From Candidatus Dojkabacteria bacterium HGW-Dojkabacteria-1 (lineage in GTDB: Bacteria; Patescibacteriota; Dojkabacteria; SC72): 64,000 bases of DNA. Position 1 is the stretch's first letter. Each line of letters starts with the position of its first letter. This document shows positions 46,831-55,846 of the stretch, piece after piece. A model generated the notes under the pieces. The model was not told the DNA's origin. It was given only the letters and a program-made list of their open reading frames with translations, and made no database searches. The DNA lies in assembly GCA_002840365.1 (NCBI GenBank), contig PHAO01000001.1, positions 367,514-431,513 of the forward strand, written 5' to 3'. Position numbers and translations under genes: made by a program.

Positions 46831-46987
46831 TTCATATCCTTTCTATATTCCACCGGAGTGGTTGATTCATATCAAATATCCATATAATAAATATCAGATA
46901 TGAACCAACCGAGTGGAATAGGTGAACAGATCTTTTAAAGAACAACCCCCACTAAGTGGGGATTAAAGGTATTAAAACCATAAGGGA

Positions 46988-47755
46988 TTATACTACAAAA
47001 ATGTTCCAATCTCTAGTATCTGTAAGGATTTCAGGGGTATCTTTTCTAACAATAACCATGTACTCAAACATTACTGCATTACCTCCATTTTTAGTTCTTG
47101 CTGACCAACCATCAGCATCAATCTTTACATCTCCACTATCATCTACAACCTGACACTCAATACAAAGAACCATACCATCTACAAGTAGGGTACCTTTACC
47201 TTTCTTTCCAAAAGCTGGTACATCGGGAAGATCATGCAATGTTTTACCAATGCCATGACCAACAAAAATTCTTAATACATTAAAACCGTTCTCTTTAGCA
47301 ACTCTTTCCATCTCATGTCCAATATCTCCTGTATGATTTCCAACAACAGCGTAGTTGGAAGCACTCTCTACGGCTTCTCTTCCCGCTTTTAGCAATTTCA
47401 AATTTTTGGTATTAGTCTTTCCAACACTCCAAGTCCAACAGTGATCAGTGTACATTCCTTTGTGAACAATACCAAAATCTATTGATACTAAATCACCTTT
47501 CTTTAAAGGAATATCTGTTGGAAGACCATGTACAGCCACATCATTAACAGAGATACATGTATGGTAGTTAAATCCATCAACTCTTTTGAAAGCTGGCTCC
47601 ACATTGTAGCTTCTACACCAATATGCAGCTTTTTGATCTATTTCTAAGGGAGTAATTCCTTCCCTAATTTCTTTTCCTAATTTTTGTAGAATTGAAACAG
47701 AGATATCACATGCCTCTCTTAATATTTTTTCATCTTTTGCTTTAGTTAATATCAT
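46988..47755 (-). CDS. map: Methionine aminopeptidase type I
   Basis: Pita-bread fold metal ligands (D..D..H..E..E pattern: GDLVSIDFG, HGIGK, E in FVGH...), 255 aa. Confidence 0.9.
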   Translation of the reverse strand: MILTKAKDEKILREACDISVSILQKLGKEIREGITPLEIDQKAAYWCRSYNVEPAFKRVDGFNYHTCISVNDVAVHGLPTDIPLKKGDLVSIDFGIVHKGMYTDHCWTWSVGKTNTKNLKLLKAGREAVESASNYAVVGNHTGDIGHEMERVAKENGFNVLRIFVGHGIGKTLHDLPDVPAFGKKGKGTLLVDGMVLCIECQVVDDSGDVKIDADGWSARTKNGGNAVMFEYMVIVRKDTPEILTDTRDWNIFVV

Positions 47756-47785
47756 ACCTAATTATATCTCTAAAACAGAAAGAAA

Positions 47786-48949
47786 TTAAGCTATGATATA
47801 CAATTCTTCTTCAGCCCTAGTTACTGCAGTGTACAACCATCTTCGGAAGGTATCATCATCCATTTTAGGAAATCTTTCTTCAAAGACTACAACCCTTCTT
47901 GCTTGACTCCCCTGCGCCTTATGCACTGTAAGTGCATATCCAAAATCAAAATAGTTAATATCTTCGAGATTCTTTTCTACTAAATCTATAGAGTTAAACT
48001 GTTCGATAGATATTTTTCCCCAAAAAGGAATATCTTCAAAATCAAGAGATATTTCGGATTCATAGTATTTTAATTCCTCCGTTCCTTCCCTAGAAATATC
48101 AAGAATTGTACCTGTCATTCCATTAAATATTTCCATTATTCTGTTGTTTTTTAAACATATTACTCTGTCACCAACTTGAGGATTCGGAGTATCAAAATGT
48201 AAACTACGAATCGCCTTGTTCAAGTTTACTCTTGTTTTGTTGTACCCACATAGAACCATAGTTTCATCGTTGAAGGAATCAAAGATATCATGAATAGTAT
48301 CTTGAGTATCACTTTCTATTTTGTTTAGCTTCTTAACACTTCTAGAAAATTCTTCAAAAGGAATATTTCCATACTTCCTAGCAATTTCAGACACCTTTAT
48401 AATTGGATTATTCAATTCCTGTCTATATATATCTTCCAAGGTTTGTTCAGGTTGACTCATAAGGTTAAAACTACTGTTAACAGGTGGTAATTGCCCATGA
48501 TCTCCTACTGCAAGTATAGGTCTTCCAAAGCTTAATAAGTCTTTCCATATATCTTCGGTAACCATAGAGGCTTCATCAACGACTATTAAATCGTATTTGA
48601 ACTCTTCCTCAGGAATTTTCTCCCAACCAATAATGTTATCTTTGTCATCTACAATAGCTCTGTATATTAATCTATGAATAGTGCCAATAAAATCAGTATT
48701 TTGAAGAGATTTCGTATTTCTTAGTTTTCTGTTTAAAACTCTTGTTGCTTTACCTGTGTAACTACAAAATGCGATTTTGAGTTTTTTGTTTTCCTTATGC
48801 AAAAAATTTGACAAGTATCCTAGGAGAGTAGTCTTACCCGTTCCAGCATAACCCCCCAGTGTGGTATACTGAATCTTAGGCAATTTAAACCAATCTAATA
48901 TATTCTCACTTACTTTAATTTGAGATTTTGATAATTCGAAATCTTTCAT
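47786..48949 (-). CDS. Compact SF1 RecD/Dda-like DNA helicase (AAA_30 + UvrD_C_2)
   Basis: Walker A GYAGTGKTT, VVDEASMV, C-terminal TVHKAQGSQARRVVV typical of RecD/Dda/TraA-type helicases. Confidence 0.65.
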   Translation of the reverse strand: MKDFELSKSQIKVSENILDWFKLPKIQYTTLGGYAGTGKTTLLGYLSNFLHKENKKLKIAFCSYTGKATRVLNRKLRNTKSLQNTDFIGTIHRLIYRAIVDDKDNIIGWEKIPEEEFKYDLIVVDEASMVTEDIWKDLLSFGRPILAVGDHGQLPPVNSSFNLMSQPEQTLEDIYRQELNNPIIKVSEIARKYGNIPFEEFSRSVKKLNKIESDTQDTIHDIFDSFNDETMVLCGYNKTRVNLNKAIRSLHFDTPNPQVGDRVICLKNNRIMEIFNGMTGTILDISREGTEELKYYESEISLDFEDIPFWGKISIEQFNSIDLVEKNLEDINYFDFGYALTVHKAQGSQARRVVVFEERFPKMDDDTFRRWLYTAVTRAEEELYIIA

Positions 48950-48997
48950 ATAAAAGGATATAGATAATGGATATATAATATTACAATCTTTAGACTA

Positions 48998-50428
48998 ATG
49001 AAAAGTATTCTTACAAAATTCCTTCTAGTCATACTTTTACTCATACCTCTCTTTTCTCTAGATAATATATATGCACAAGAGGAAGTAGTTCAAACAAAAG
49101 TTAATAAATTTGCTGTATATTTTGGAGGTATAGGGTGTCCATACTGTGCAAAAATTTCTTCTACATTACAAAAAAAGGTAAGCGAAGGAGAAATGATAAT
49201 TATGGAATATGAGATATACAAAAACTTAGCAAATTCCCAAGCACTTTCAGAGTATGCAGATTCATATGGATTAAGTTTAGGAATTCCTCAAATTTTATTT
49301 GATAGGGAAAATATAAAATCAGGTGATTCACCAATTTTGAATAATCTCGATCAAATGATTGAATCAGCTCCAGAAGACACAATCTTTTTAGCAAATGGAA
49401 ATTCTATACTATTCGATGATTTAAATCTAAACGATATAAAGAGATATCCAACCTTTTATTCTAAAGATAGAATTGCCGTTAGAAAATCTTTAACAACTCT
49501 ATCTGAGGAACAAAATGCTCAAATAAAGAACTTTATTTCTAATAGTACTGTTGAAGGTGCGATTTCGAATCTAAATGGAAAAAAGGTAAAACCATCAAAA
49601 TTTGATTATTCTGGAGGTTCAATGATTTTTCAAAATGCTATGGAAATTAATGGTTGGTTACTACAGTGGAATGGGGATTCTGTAGATGGAACAGGCAGCA
49701 ATACAAATAGTGATGAAACTGGGAGTACAGCAGCCTCTGTCTCTATCTGGAAAACCATTATGCTCGGTTTAGCAGACTCAGTTAACCCTTGTGCGATATC
49801 TGTATTGGCACTAATGCTTATTGCTATCGTTACATATAATCCAGGAAGTAGAAAACAGGTACTTTTAGCTGGATTCTCCTTTATCCTTGCAGTTGTAATT
49901 ATGTATCTCTTTTATGGATATCTGATTATAACCGCGTTCCAATTTATACAATCAATTGCAACAATTAAGTTGTACATATATAAAGGACTTGGTGTTGTAG
50001 CAATCATTCTTGGTTTGCTTGAACTAAAAGATTACTTTAGATACAAGCCAGGTGGTATTGGAACTGAAATGCCTTTATTCCTAAGACCAAAGGTTAACAA
50101 ATTAATATCAAAGGTAACATCTCCAGTTGGCGCATTTGGTATGGGACTCTTTGTAACCCTTTTCTTACTACCATGTACAATTGGACCATATATCATATTA
50201 GGAGGGTTACTTGCAGATCAGGGCTTTGTTAATGCAATTCCACTTCTGCTTCTTTACAATTTCGTGTTTGTATTACCAATGATTGTGATAACTTTACTTG
50301 TATATTTTGGCTCTAAAAGAGCTGAGGATGTAAAAGATTGGAAAGAGAAGAATGTAAGAAAAATGCACCTTGTTGCAGGTGCATTAATGCTTTTAATTGG
50401 TATATTGATGATATTAGGAATCTTTTAG
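48998..50428 (+). CDS. Fusion protein: exported glutaredoxin/thioredoxin-like domain (CPYC) + CcdA/DsbD-beta-like transmembrane thiol:disulfide transporter
   Basis: Signal peptide; GGIGCPYCAKIS; C-terminal 6-8 TM with DSVNPCAISVLALML and LLPCTIGPYI (two conserved TM Cys). Confidence 0.6.
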   Translation: MKSILTKFLLVILLLIPLFSLDNIYAQEEVVQTKVNKFAVYFGGIGCPYCAKISSTLQKKVSEGEMIIMEYEIYKNLANSQALSEYADSYGLSLGIPQILFDRENIKSGDSPILNNLDQMIESAPEDTIFLANGNSILFDDLNLNDIKRYPTFYSKDRIAVRKSLTTLSEEQNAQIKNFISNSTVEGAISNLNGKKVKPSKFDYSGGSMIFQNAMEINGWLLQWNGDSVDGTGSNTNSDETGSTAASVSIWKTIMLGLADSVNPCAISVLALMLIAIVTYNPGSRKQVLLAGFSFILAVVIMYLFYGYLIITAFQFIQSIATIKLYIYKGLGVVAIILGLLELKDYFRYKPGGIGTEMPLFLRPKVNKLISKVTSPVGAFGMGLFVTLFLLPCTIGPYIILGGLLADQGFVNAIPLLLLYNFVFVLPMIVITLLVYFGSKRAEDVKDWKEKNVRKMHLVAGALMLLIGILMILGIF

Positions 50429-50920
50429 TTACTCAATTTCTAAAAGTTCAACTCTAAATATCAAACCAGAATTCGCAGGGATTCCACCTGTTGAATATGA
50501 ACCATATGCCATTTTTGAGGGTATTTTAAGAATTCTCTCTTCCCCAACCTTCATTCCTACTAATCCTTCCTCCCAACCTTGAATTACACTTCCTTGACCT
50601 AATATAAACTGGAAAGGAACATCCCTATCAAATGAACTATCAAATTTAGAACCATTTATTAAGGTTCCTTCATAATGAACAACTAGTGTATCTCCATCCT
50701 TTGCTTCTGACCCTTCTCCTTCCTTTGTAGTTTCAATATTTAAACTTTCAAAATCTGTCATTTGATTTACCTCCTTTCTTTCTGAATTTTCTCCAATGCT
50801 GTCTCCCCTTAATGACTCAATATCCCTATCTTTTCCTAAGTAAACAAAAATTAAAAAACATGCTACTAATACTACAGGAATAGCGATAAACATGAACTTA
50901 GCACCTTGAGGTATTTCCAT
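50429..50920 (-). CDS. FKBP-type peptidyl-prolyl cis-trans isomerase, membrane-anchored
   Basis: GDTLVVHYEGTLINGSKFDSSFDRDVPFQFILGQGSVIQGWEEGLVGMKVGEERILKIPSKMAYG. Confidence 0.8.
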   Translation of the reverse strand: MEIPQGAKFMFIAIPVVLVACFLIFVYLGKDRDIESLRGDSIGENSERKEVNQMTDFESLNIETTKEGEGSEAKDGDTLVVHYEGTLINGSKFDSSFDRDVPFQFILGQGSVIQGWEEGLVGMKVGEERILKIPSKMAYGSYSTGGIPANSGLIFRVELLEIE

Positions 50921-50982
50921 AAAAAAGTAATTGAGAATTTAACTCTTTGAATATACCAAGTTCTTTTGCATCGTACAACCAT

Positions 50983-51018
50983 ATTTGATTTGTCTATCAA
51001 ATATTCTTGTGATACAAT
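50983..51018. promoter_or_regulatory. Inverted repeat ATTTGAT-ttgtct-ATCAAAT plus extended -10 (TGTGATACAAT) upstream of MarR gene
   Basis: Perfect 7-bp IR with 6-nt spacer 47 nt upstream of marR-family ATG; typical autoregulatory operator geometry. Confidence 0.35.
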
Positions 51019-51048
51019 GTTTAACATTAAATTTTTAAATGAAGAGTC

Positions 51049-51471
51049 GTGCCACTTCAAAAACAGATAATACAAAATACCCTCGACCTAATAAAGAATA
51101 TTGAATTAAGATCTTACAAAAAGGGCGAACTCTCCCCTTTGCAACTTAGAACATTAGTTTTCATAAAGGACAAAGGTTGTGTTAAATCTAGTGATTTAGC
51201 AAAGCAGTTTAATGTTACACCTGCAACTATTACAGCTCAAATTGATAAATTAGTAAACAACGGATGGCTAGAGAGGTGTGATGATGGTAATGATAGAAGA
51301 GTAATAAATATTACCTTAACAGAAAAATCTAACAAAGAAGTAGACAAGCTTGTTGATCAAACTGTAAAAAGATATGATTGGGTATTCAAATCATTAACAA
51401 AAGAAGAACAGAAAACATTTCTTAATCTTGTAATAAAGATTAATCAAAACGCTCATAAATCAGAACTTTAA
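51049..51471 (+). CDS. MarR-family transcriptional regulator
   Basis: Winged-HTH block LSPLQLRTLVFIKDKGCVKSSDLAKQFNVTPATITAQIDKLVNNGWLERCDDGNDRRVINITLTEKS. Confidence 0.75.
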   Translation: MPLQKQIIQNTLDLIKNIELRSYKKGELSPLQLRTLVFIKDKGCVKSSDLAKQFNVTPATITAQIDKLVNNGWLERCDDGNDRRVINITLTEKSNKEVDKLVDQTVKRYDWVFKSLTKEEQKTFLNLVIKINQNAHKSEL

Positions 51472-51482
51472 CCCCTAGCAAT

Positions 51483-52262
51483 ATGTCAAAAAAAGATACT
51501 CTGTACATTGATACAGAAACAACAGATGTCCAAAGTCAGGATATAATTCAAATCGCATTTATTACAGATAATCCAGATATTTGGATGAATATCTTTCTTA
51601 AACCAAGACAAGAGATTTCATTTGGTGCAATGGCTATTCATAATATTACCCCTGAAATGGTCGAAAACGAAAAATATTTTGAAGATGCAACAGTACCCAA
51701 GGAAGGTAAAGACCCTGAATTTGAAGGTAATTCATTAAAAGAATATATGCAATTTCTTGCAGATAAATATGTTTGGGTTGCACATAATGCAGACTTTGAT
51801 ATTTCAGTACTTGCTAAAAAGGGTATTGAAGTAAGAGATCCAATATGTACGTTAAAAGTAGCAAGAAATGCGCTAACAACCTCTGATGGTCATGATTTAG
51901 AAAGTTACAAATTACAATACCTTAGATACTATCTTGGACTTTACAAAAATGAAAATCAAAATCATATGACAGCCCATGATGCTCTCAGTGATGTCTATTT
52001 CCTTAAAGATTTGTATCTATACCTAAAAAACAATACAAAACTCAGTATTGAAAATATGCAATTAATTACAAAACAACCACAAGTAATGAGAGAAATGTCT
52101 TTTGGTAAATATATGGGTAAAACATTTGAAGAAATAGAGAGAACAGATAGAGAATACTTAGAGTGGTTAGTAGATAGCATGTCAGACAAGCCAGATTTAC
52201 AGTGGAATGCAAAGAAGGCCCTTGATGATGGATTAAGAAGCAGAACTCAATCTCTTTTCTAA
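51483..52262 (+). CDS. DEDDh 3'-5' exonuclease (DnaQ/epsilon-like) with DUF3820-like C-terminal domain
   Basis: Exo I LYIDTETTD, Exo II WVAHNADFDISVL, Exo III HDALSDV; C-terminal FGKYMGKTFEEIERTDREYLEWL. Confidence 0.75.
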   Translation: MSKKDTLYIDTETTDVQSQDIIQIAFITDNPDIWMNIFLKPRQEISFGAMAIHNITPEMVENEKYFEDATVPKEGKDPEFEGNSLKEYMQFLADKYVWVAHNADFDISVLAKKGIEVRDPICTLKVARNALTTSDGHDLESYKLQYLRYYLGLYKNENQNHMTAHDALSDVYFLKDLYLYLKNNTKLSIENMQLITKQPQVMREMSFGKYMGKTFEEIERTDREYLEWLVDSMSDKPDLQWNAKKALDDGLRSRTQSLF

Positions 52263-53192
52263 TTCGTCTCCAAGCACTTTTAAATCTTCATTCCTAAAAG
52301 AGGAAACTAAAACAAAGTCTTTAAAATCTTTACTTAATACTTTCTTTTTTTCTTCTAATTCATCTAAACTTAAGATATCAGCTTTTGTAAAGACAATGAA
52401 TTCTGGTAAATATGCTAATTCTTTAGATATTTTCTCAAATTCATTTCTCATTTGTTTGTACACATTTAGAATATTTTCATTTTCTAAACTAATACAATGA
52501 ACAAGAAGTCTAGAATATTTTGTATGTTTTAAAAATTTCGTTCCCAATCCTTTACCTTTGTATGTACCTTCAATTAATCCTGGTAAATCCATTAATACAA
52601 ATCTCCCCATTATCGCAAGCTGAGGATCAAGTGTAGTAAATTCATATGATGCAACCTTGTATTTAGCGTTGGTTAGACCATTAATAAGGCTTGATTTTCC
52701 AGCATTAGGCAAACCAAGAAAGATAGCGTCGGCTCTGAGATTCAATTCTAATTTTAATCTCTTCTCTTCCCCTTTTTGAGCTCTTTTTCTCGAAAGTTTT
52801 CCATCCCATCCCTCTCCCCTAAGTTGAAAATTACCTAATCCTCCCTCTCCACCAGTTAATATCTTTACCCTATCGCCTTTGTTTAAGATTTTAACAATCT
52901 CTGAACCATCCTCATTGAAAATTTTAGTAACTAAAGGAACAAAGATAGTTAGATCTTTACCATTCTTTCCATTTCTTTTGTTTTTTTCACCTCTAAAACC
53001 ATCTTCTGCTTTTAAAAAAGAATTCTTTTCTAGATGAGATAAATCAAAGTAATTTGTACTACCTTCAATATATACATCTCCTCCTTTACCACCATTACCC
53101 CCATCTGCTTTTCTACGGTTATCAAATGCGATAATGCCTTCTCCACCATTACCAGATTGGATTTTAATTTGTATTATATCTTTCATAACCAT
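52233..53192 (-). CDS. obg: GTPase Obg (start moved to internal Met; ORF-track start 53324 would overlap divergent gene)
   Basis: Obg-fold Gly-rich N-domain (SGNGGEGIIAF...GGNGGKGGDVYI), G1 GLPNAGKSSL, G3 DLPG, G4 TKAD. Confidence 0.85.
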   Translation of the reverse strand: MVMKDIIQIKIQSGNGGEGIIAFDNRRKADGGNGGKGGDVYIEGSTNYFDLSHLEKNSFLKAEDGFRGEKNKRNGKNGKDLTIFVPLVTKIFNEDGSEIVKILNKGDRVKILTGGEGGLGNFQLRGEGWDGKLSRKRAQKGEEKRLKLELNLRADAIFLGLPNAGKSSLINGLTNAKYKVASYEFTTLDPQLAIMGRFVLMDLPGLIEGTYKGKGLGTKFLKHTKYSRLLVHCISLENENILNVYKQMRNEFEKISKELAYLPEFIVFTKADILSLDELEEKKKVLSKDFKDFVLVSSFRNEDLKVLGDELEKRLSSAS

Positions 53193-53288
53193 ATATTCTA
53201 CATTACAAAGGTACTTTTGTAACCTTTTGACAATACAAATGTGTAGTGATACTCTAAATGTATACGTAATATTCCAAAGAACATTTAG

Positions 53289-54989
53289 ATGAAAAAAAGA
53301 TTTGCAGTTAAATTCACAGGTCAATCAGGACAAGGTATAAACACATTAGGCGAAATATTAGCAAAAGGAATTAAAAATAGTGGTTACAATATATTTGCAA
53401 GTAGGGAATACCCATCGATAATTAAGGGCGGATATGCTGCATATCAAATAGATTTTTCTGATGAAGAAGTATTAGCCTCATCTAAATATTCCCATATTTT
53501 GGCCTCACTAGCAGAAGAAGCTCTTCATAAATACACTCCTTTTGTAAATCCAAAAGGCATCATTGTTCATTCTTTGAAGGATTTCCAATTTAGTAAAGAA
53601 GAAAGTAAATATATTGAAGAAAATAAGATACAGGTTGTTCATATAGATACAAAACAGATTGCTTTAGATAACAAAGCTCCAGAAATTATGGCAAATGTTG
53701 TTCTACTTGGATATATATGGAAGCTTTTGGACTTAGATATAAAGATTATTGAAAAATTACTAAGAAAAATCTTTGCAAAGAAGAACATTGATATGGATGC
53801 TGAGATAAGATGTCTAATGGCTGGATATAATATTGATAAACCAAAAGATTTTAGTATAGATAAAAGCCAATTAAAAATTAAAAGAAACTGGAATAAGTCA
53901 AAGGTATTAACTGGAAATGATGCAATAGGACTTGGGGCAATCTCTGCTGGTTGTAGGACATACTTCGGATACCCTATGACTCCTTCAACAACAATATTAG
54001 AAATGCTGGGTAATACTTACAAAGAAACAGGTATGTTAGTAAAACAGGCAGAAAGTGAAATAACCGCTGCTCAACTAGTCATGGGAAGTATGTATATGGG
54101 CACAAGAGCTTTTACAGCTACTTCTGGTGGAGGATTTGATTTAATGACAGAAACTCTTTCTTGTGCTGGTATGACAGAAACTCCATTTGTTGTTGTTCTT
54201 GGACAAAGATCTGGTTCTGGTACGGGAGTTCCAACATGGACAGGAGCAGGGGACTTAAATGTAGCGCTTGGTGCCGGCCATGGTGAATTCCCGAGATGTG
54301 TAATAGCAACGAGTGATGTAAAAGATTCCTATGAATTAATTCAAAAGGCATTTAATATTGCAGATGTCTATCAAATTCCAGTAATTGTACTAACTGAAAA
54401 ACAAAATGCAGAATCCATGTTTAATATCTCTAATTTAAGTAAACCATTAAAGATTGAAAGAGGATTAAGAAGTGGTAAAAATAGATATGAAATTACAGAA
54501 AGTGGAATATCACCAAGATGGATACCAGAGAGTGCAAAGCCTACTTACCTTGTAAACAGCGATGAACACTCTGAAGATGGAATAAGTACAGAAGATCCAC
54601 AAACAATAACAGAAATGAATGAAAAGAGAATGAGAAAATTGTTAACCCTAAGAAAGGAACTACCCGAGCCAGTATATTATGGACCTAAAGATGCAGAAAC
54701 AGTATTTATAGGAATGGGAACAACAAAAAATGCTGTATTAGATGCAGTGAAAGAAACTGATAAAAAGATTGGATACTTACACTATCAGTACATATATCCA
54801 TTGAAATTTGAAAAGATTTTAGAAATATATGAAGAAGGAAGTCGGGTTATCCTTATCGAAAACAACCAGAGTGGAGAATTTGGAAACTTAGTTAAAAGAG
54901 AATGTAATTTTGAATTTCCTGAAAAACTTCTTAAGTTTGATTCAAGACCATTCTTTGTTGAAGACATATTAGATTTTTTAGAGAAGTAA
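53289..54989 (+). CDS. 2-oxoacid:ferredoxin oxidoreductase alpha subunit (fused gamma-alpha), pyruvate/2-oxoglutarate type
   Basis: N-terminal gamma-like FTGQSGQGINTLGEILAKG, alpha-domain blocks (GYPMTPST, GGGFDLM), adjacent TPP-binding beta subunit. Confidence 0.8.
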   Translation: MKKRFAVKFTGQSGQGINTLGEILAKGIKNSGYNIFASREYPSIIKGGYAAYQIDFSDEEVLASSKYSHILASLAEEALHKYTPFVNPKGIIVHSLKDFQFSKEESKYIEENKIQVVHIDTKQIALDNKAPEIMANVVLLGYIWKLLDLDIKIIEKLLRKIFAKKNIDMDAEIRCLMAGYNIDKPKDFSIDKSQLKIKRNWNKSKVLTGNDAIGLGAISAGCRTYFGYPMTPSTTILEMLGNTYKETGMLVKQAESEITAAQLVMGSMYMGTRAFTATSGGGFDLMTETLSCAGMTETPFVVVLGQRSGSGTGVPTWTGAGDLNVALGAGHGEFPRCVIATSDVKDSYELIQKAFNIADVYQIPVIVLTEKQNAESMFNISNLSKPLKIERGLRSGKNRYEITESGISPRWIPESAKPTYLVNSDEHSEDGISTEDPQTITEMNEKRMRKLLTLRKELPEPVYYGPKDAETVFIGMGTTKNAVLDAVKETDKKIGYLHYQYIYPLKFEKILEIYEEGSRVILIENNQSGEFGNLVKRECNFEFPEKLLKFDSRPFFVEDILDFLEK

Positions 54990-54990
54990 T

Positions 54991-55842
54991 ATGGCATTAA
55001 AAATTGAAGATTACAATACAAACGTAAGAAACACTTGGTGTCCAGGATGTGGAAATTTCGGTATTCATATGGCTTTAAAACAGGCCCTTGTAGACCTTAA
55101 AAAAACACCTAGTGATATTGTTTTAACATTTGATATTGGATGTAATGGTAATGGGGTGGATGATATTGAGGGTTTTAGATTTAAAGGACTGCATGGTAGA
55201 TCTATACCACTTGCTGTTGGTGCACATCTGGCAAACAGAAAAATGACAGTTATATCTGATATTGGTGATGGAGGTTTATTACATGAAGGTGTTGATCATT
55301 TAATACATGCCATACGCTCAAATTACGATATTACATTACTAATTCATAATAATCAGAATTTTGCATTAACTACTGGTCAGGCAACATCAACAACAAAAGA
55401 AGAGAAGCCTATGTATGCATTTCCTGATGGAAAAGCTGAAGGAAGTATAAATATTGGAGAATTAGTACTAAGTCTTAATCCAACATTCTTTGCAAGAGGT
55501 TACTCAGGAGAGCCACAACAACTAGCAGATATAATTAAGGAAGGAATTAAACATAAGGGTTTTAGTGTAATTGAAATCATGCAAGTGTGCCCTACATATA
55601 CTCCAGAAAGTAATCACGAGTGGTTTAAAGAAAGAATTAAAGAAACAGAAAGGAAAGCAACTATAAGCGAGGCTGTTAAATGTGTTAAAGACATGGATAT
55701 CATATATACAGGTGTCATATATCAAAACAAAAATCTTTTAGACTACTACTCTAGACTTGAAAATCGAAAAGGAAAGAAAACAGAGCTAGTAAACGAAGTA
55801 AAGAATATTGATATCAAAGGAATCTTAAATATATTCGAATAG
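54991..55842 (+). CDS. 2-oxoacid:ferredoxin oxidoreductase beta subunit (TPP-binding)
   Basis: WCPGCGNFGI, TPP-binding GDG (ISDIGDGG), 2-nt gap from alpha subunit. Confidence 0.85.
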   Translation: MALKIEDYNTNVRNTWCPGCGNFGIHMALKQALVDLKKTPSDIVLTFDIGCNGNGVDDIEGFRFKGLHGRSIPLAVGAHLANRKMTVISDIGDGGLLHEGVDHLIHAIRSNYDITLLIHNNQNFALTTGQATSTTKEEKPMYAFPDGKAEGSINIGELVLSLNPTFFARGYSGEPQQLADIIKEGIKHKGFSVIEIMQVCPTYTPESNHEWFKERIKETERKATISEAVKCVKDMDIIYTGVIYQNKNLLDYYSRLENRKGKKTELVNEVKNIDIKGILNIFE

Positions 55843-55846
55843 AGAA

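Noticed and set aside
44662-46900. Integron gene-cassette array interpretation of the GC-rich island (small same-strand ORFs each followed by a palindromic element)
   Set aside because: The hairpins are short perfect stems with 17-50-nt loops. They are not long imperfect attC-type stems with R''/L''/L'/R' boxes and extrahelical bases. No intI integrase or attI is present in the window. Kept only as a remote possibility.
47786-52262. Prophage or mobile-element remnant (Dda-like helicase, DnaQ-like exonuclease, XRE and MarR regulators)
   Set aside because: No integrase, terminase, capsid, tail or lysis genes and no attachment-site repeats. The helicase and exonuclease are flanked by core genes (map, obg) with host-like composition.
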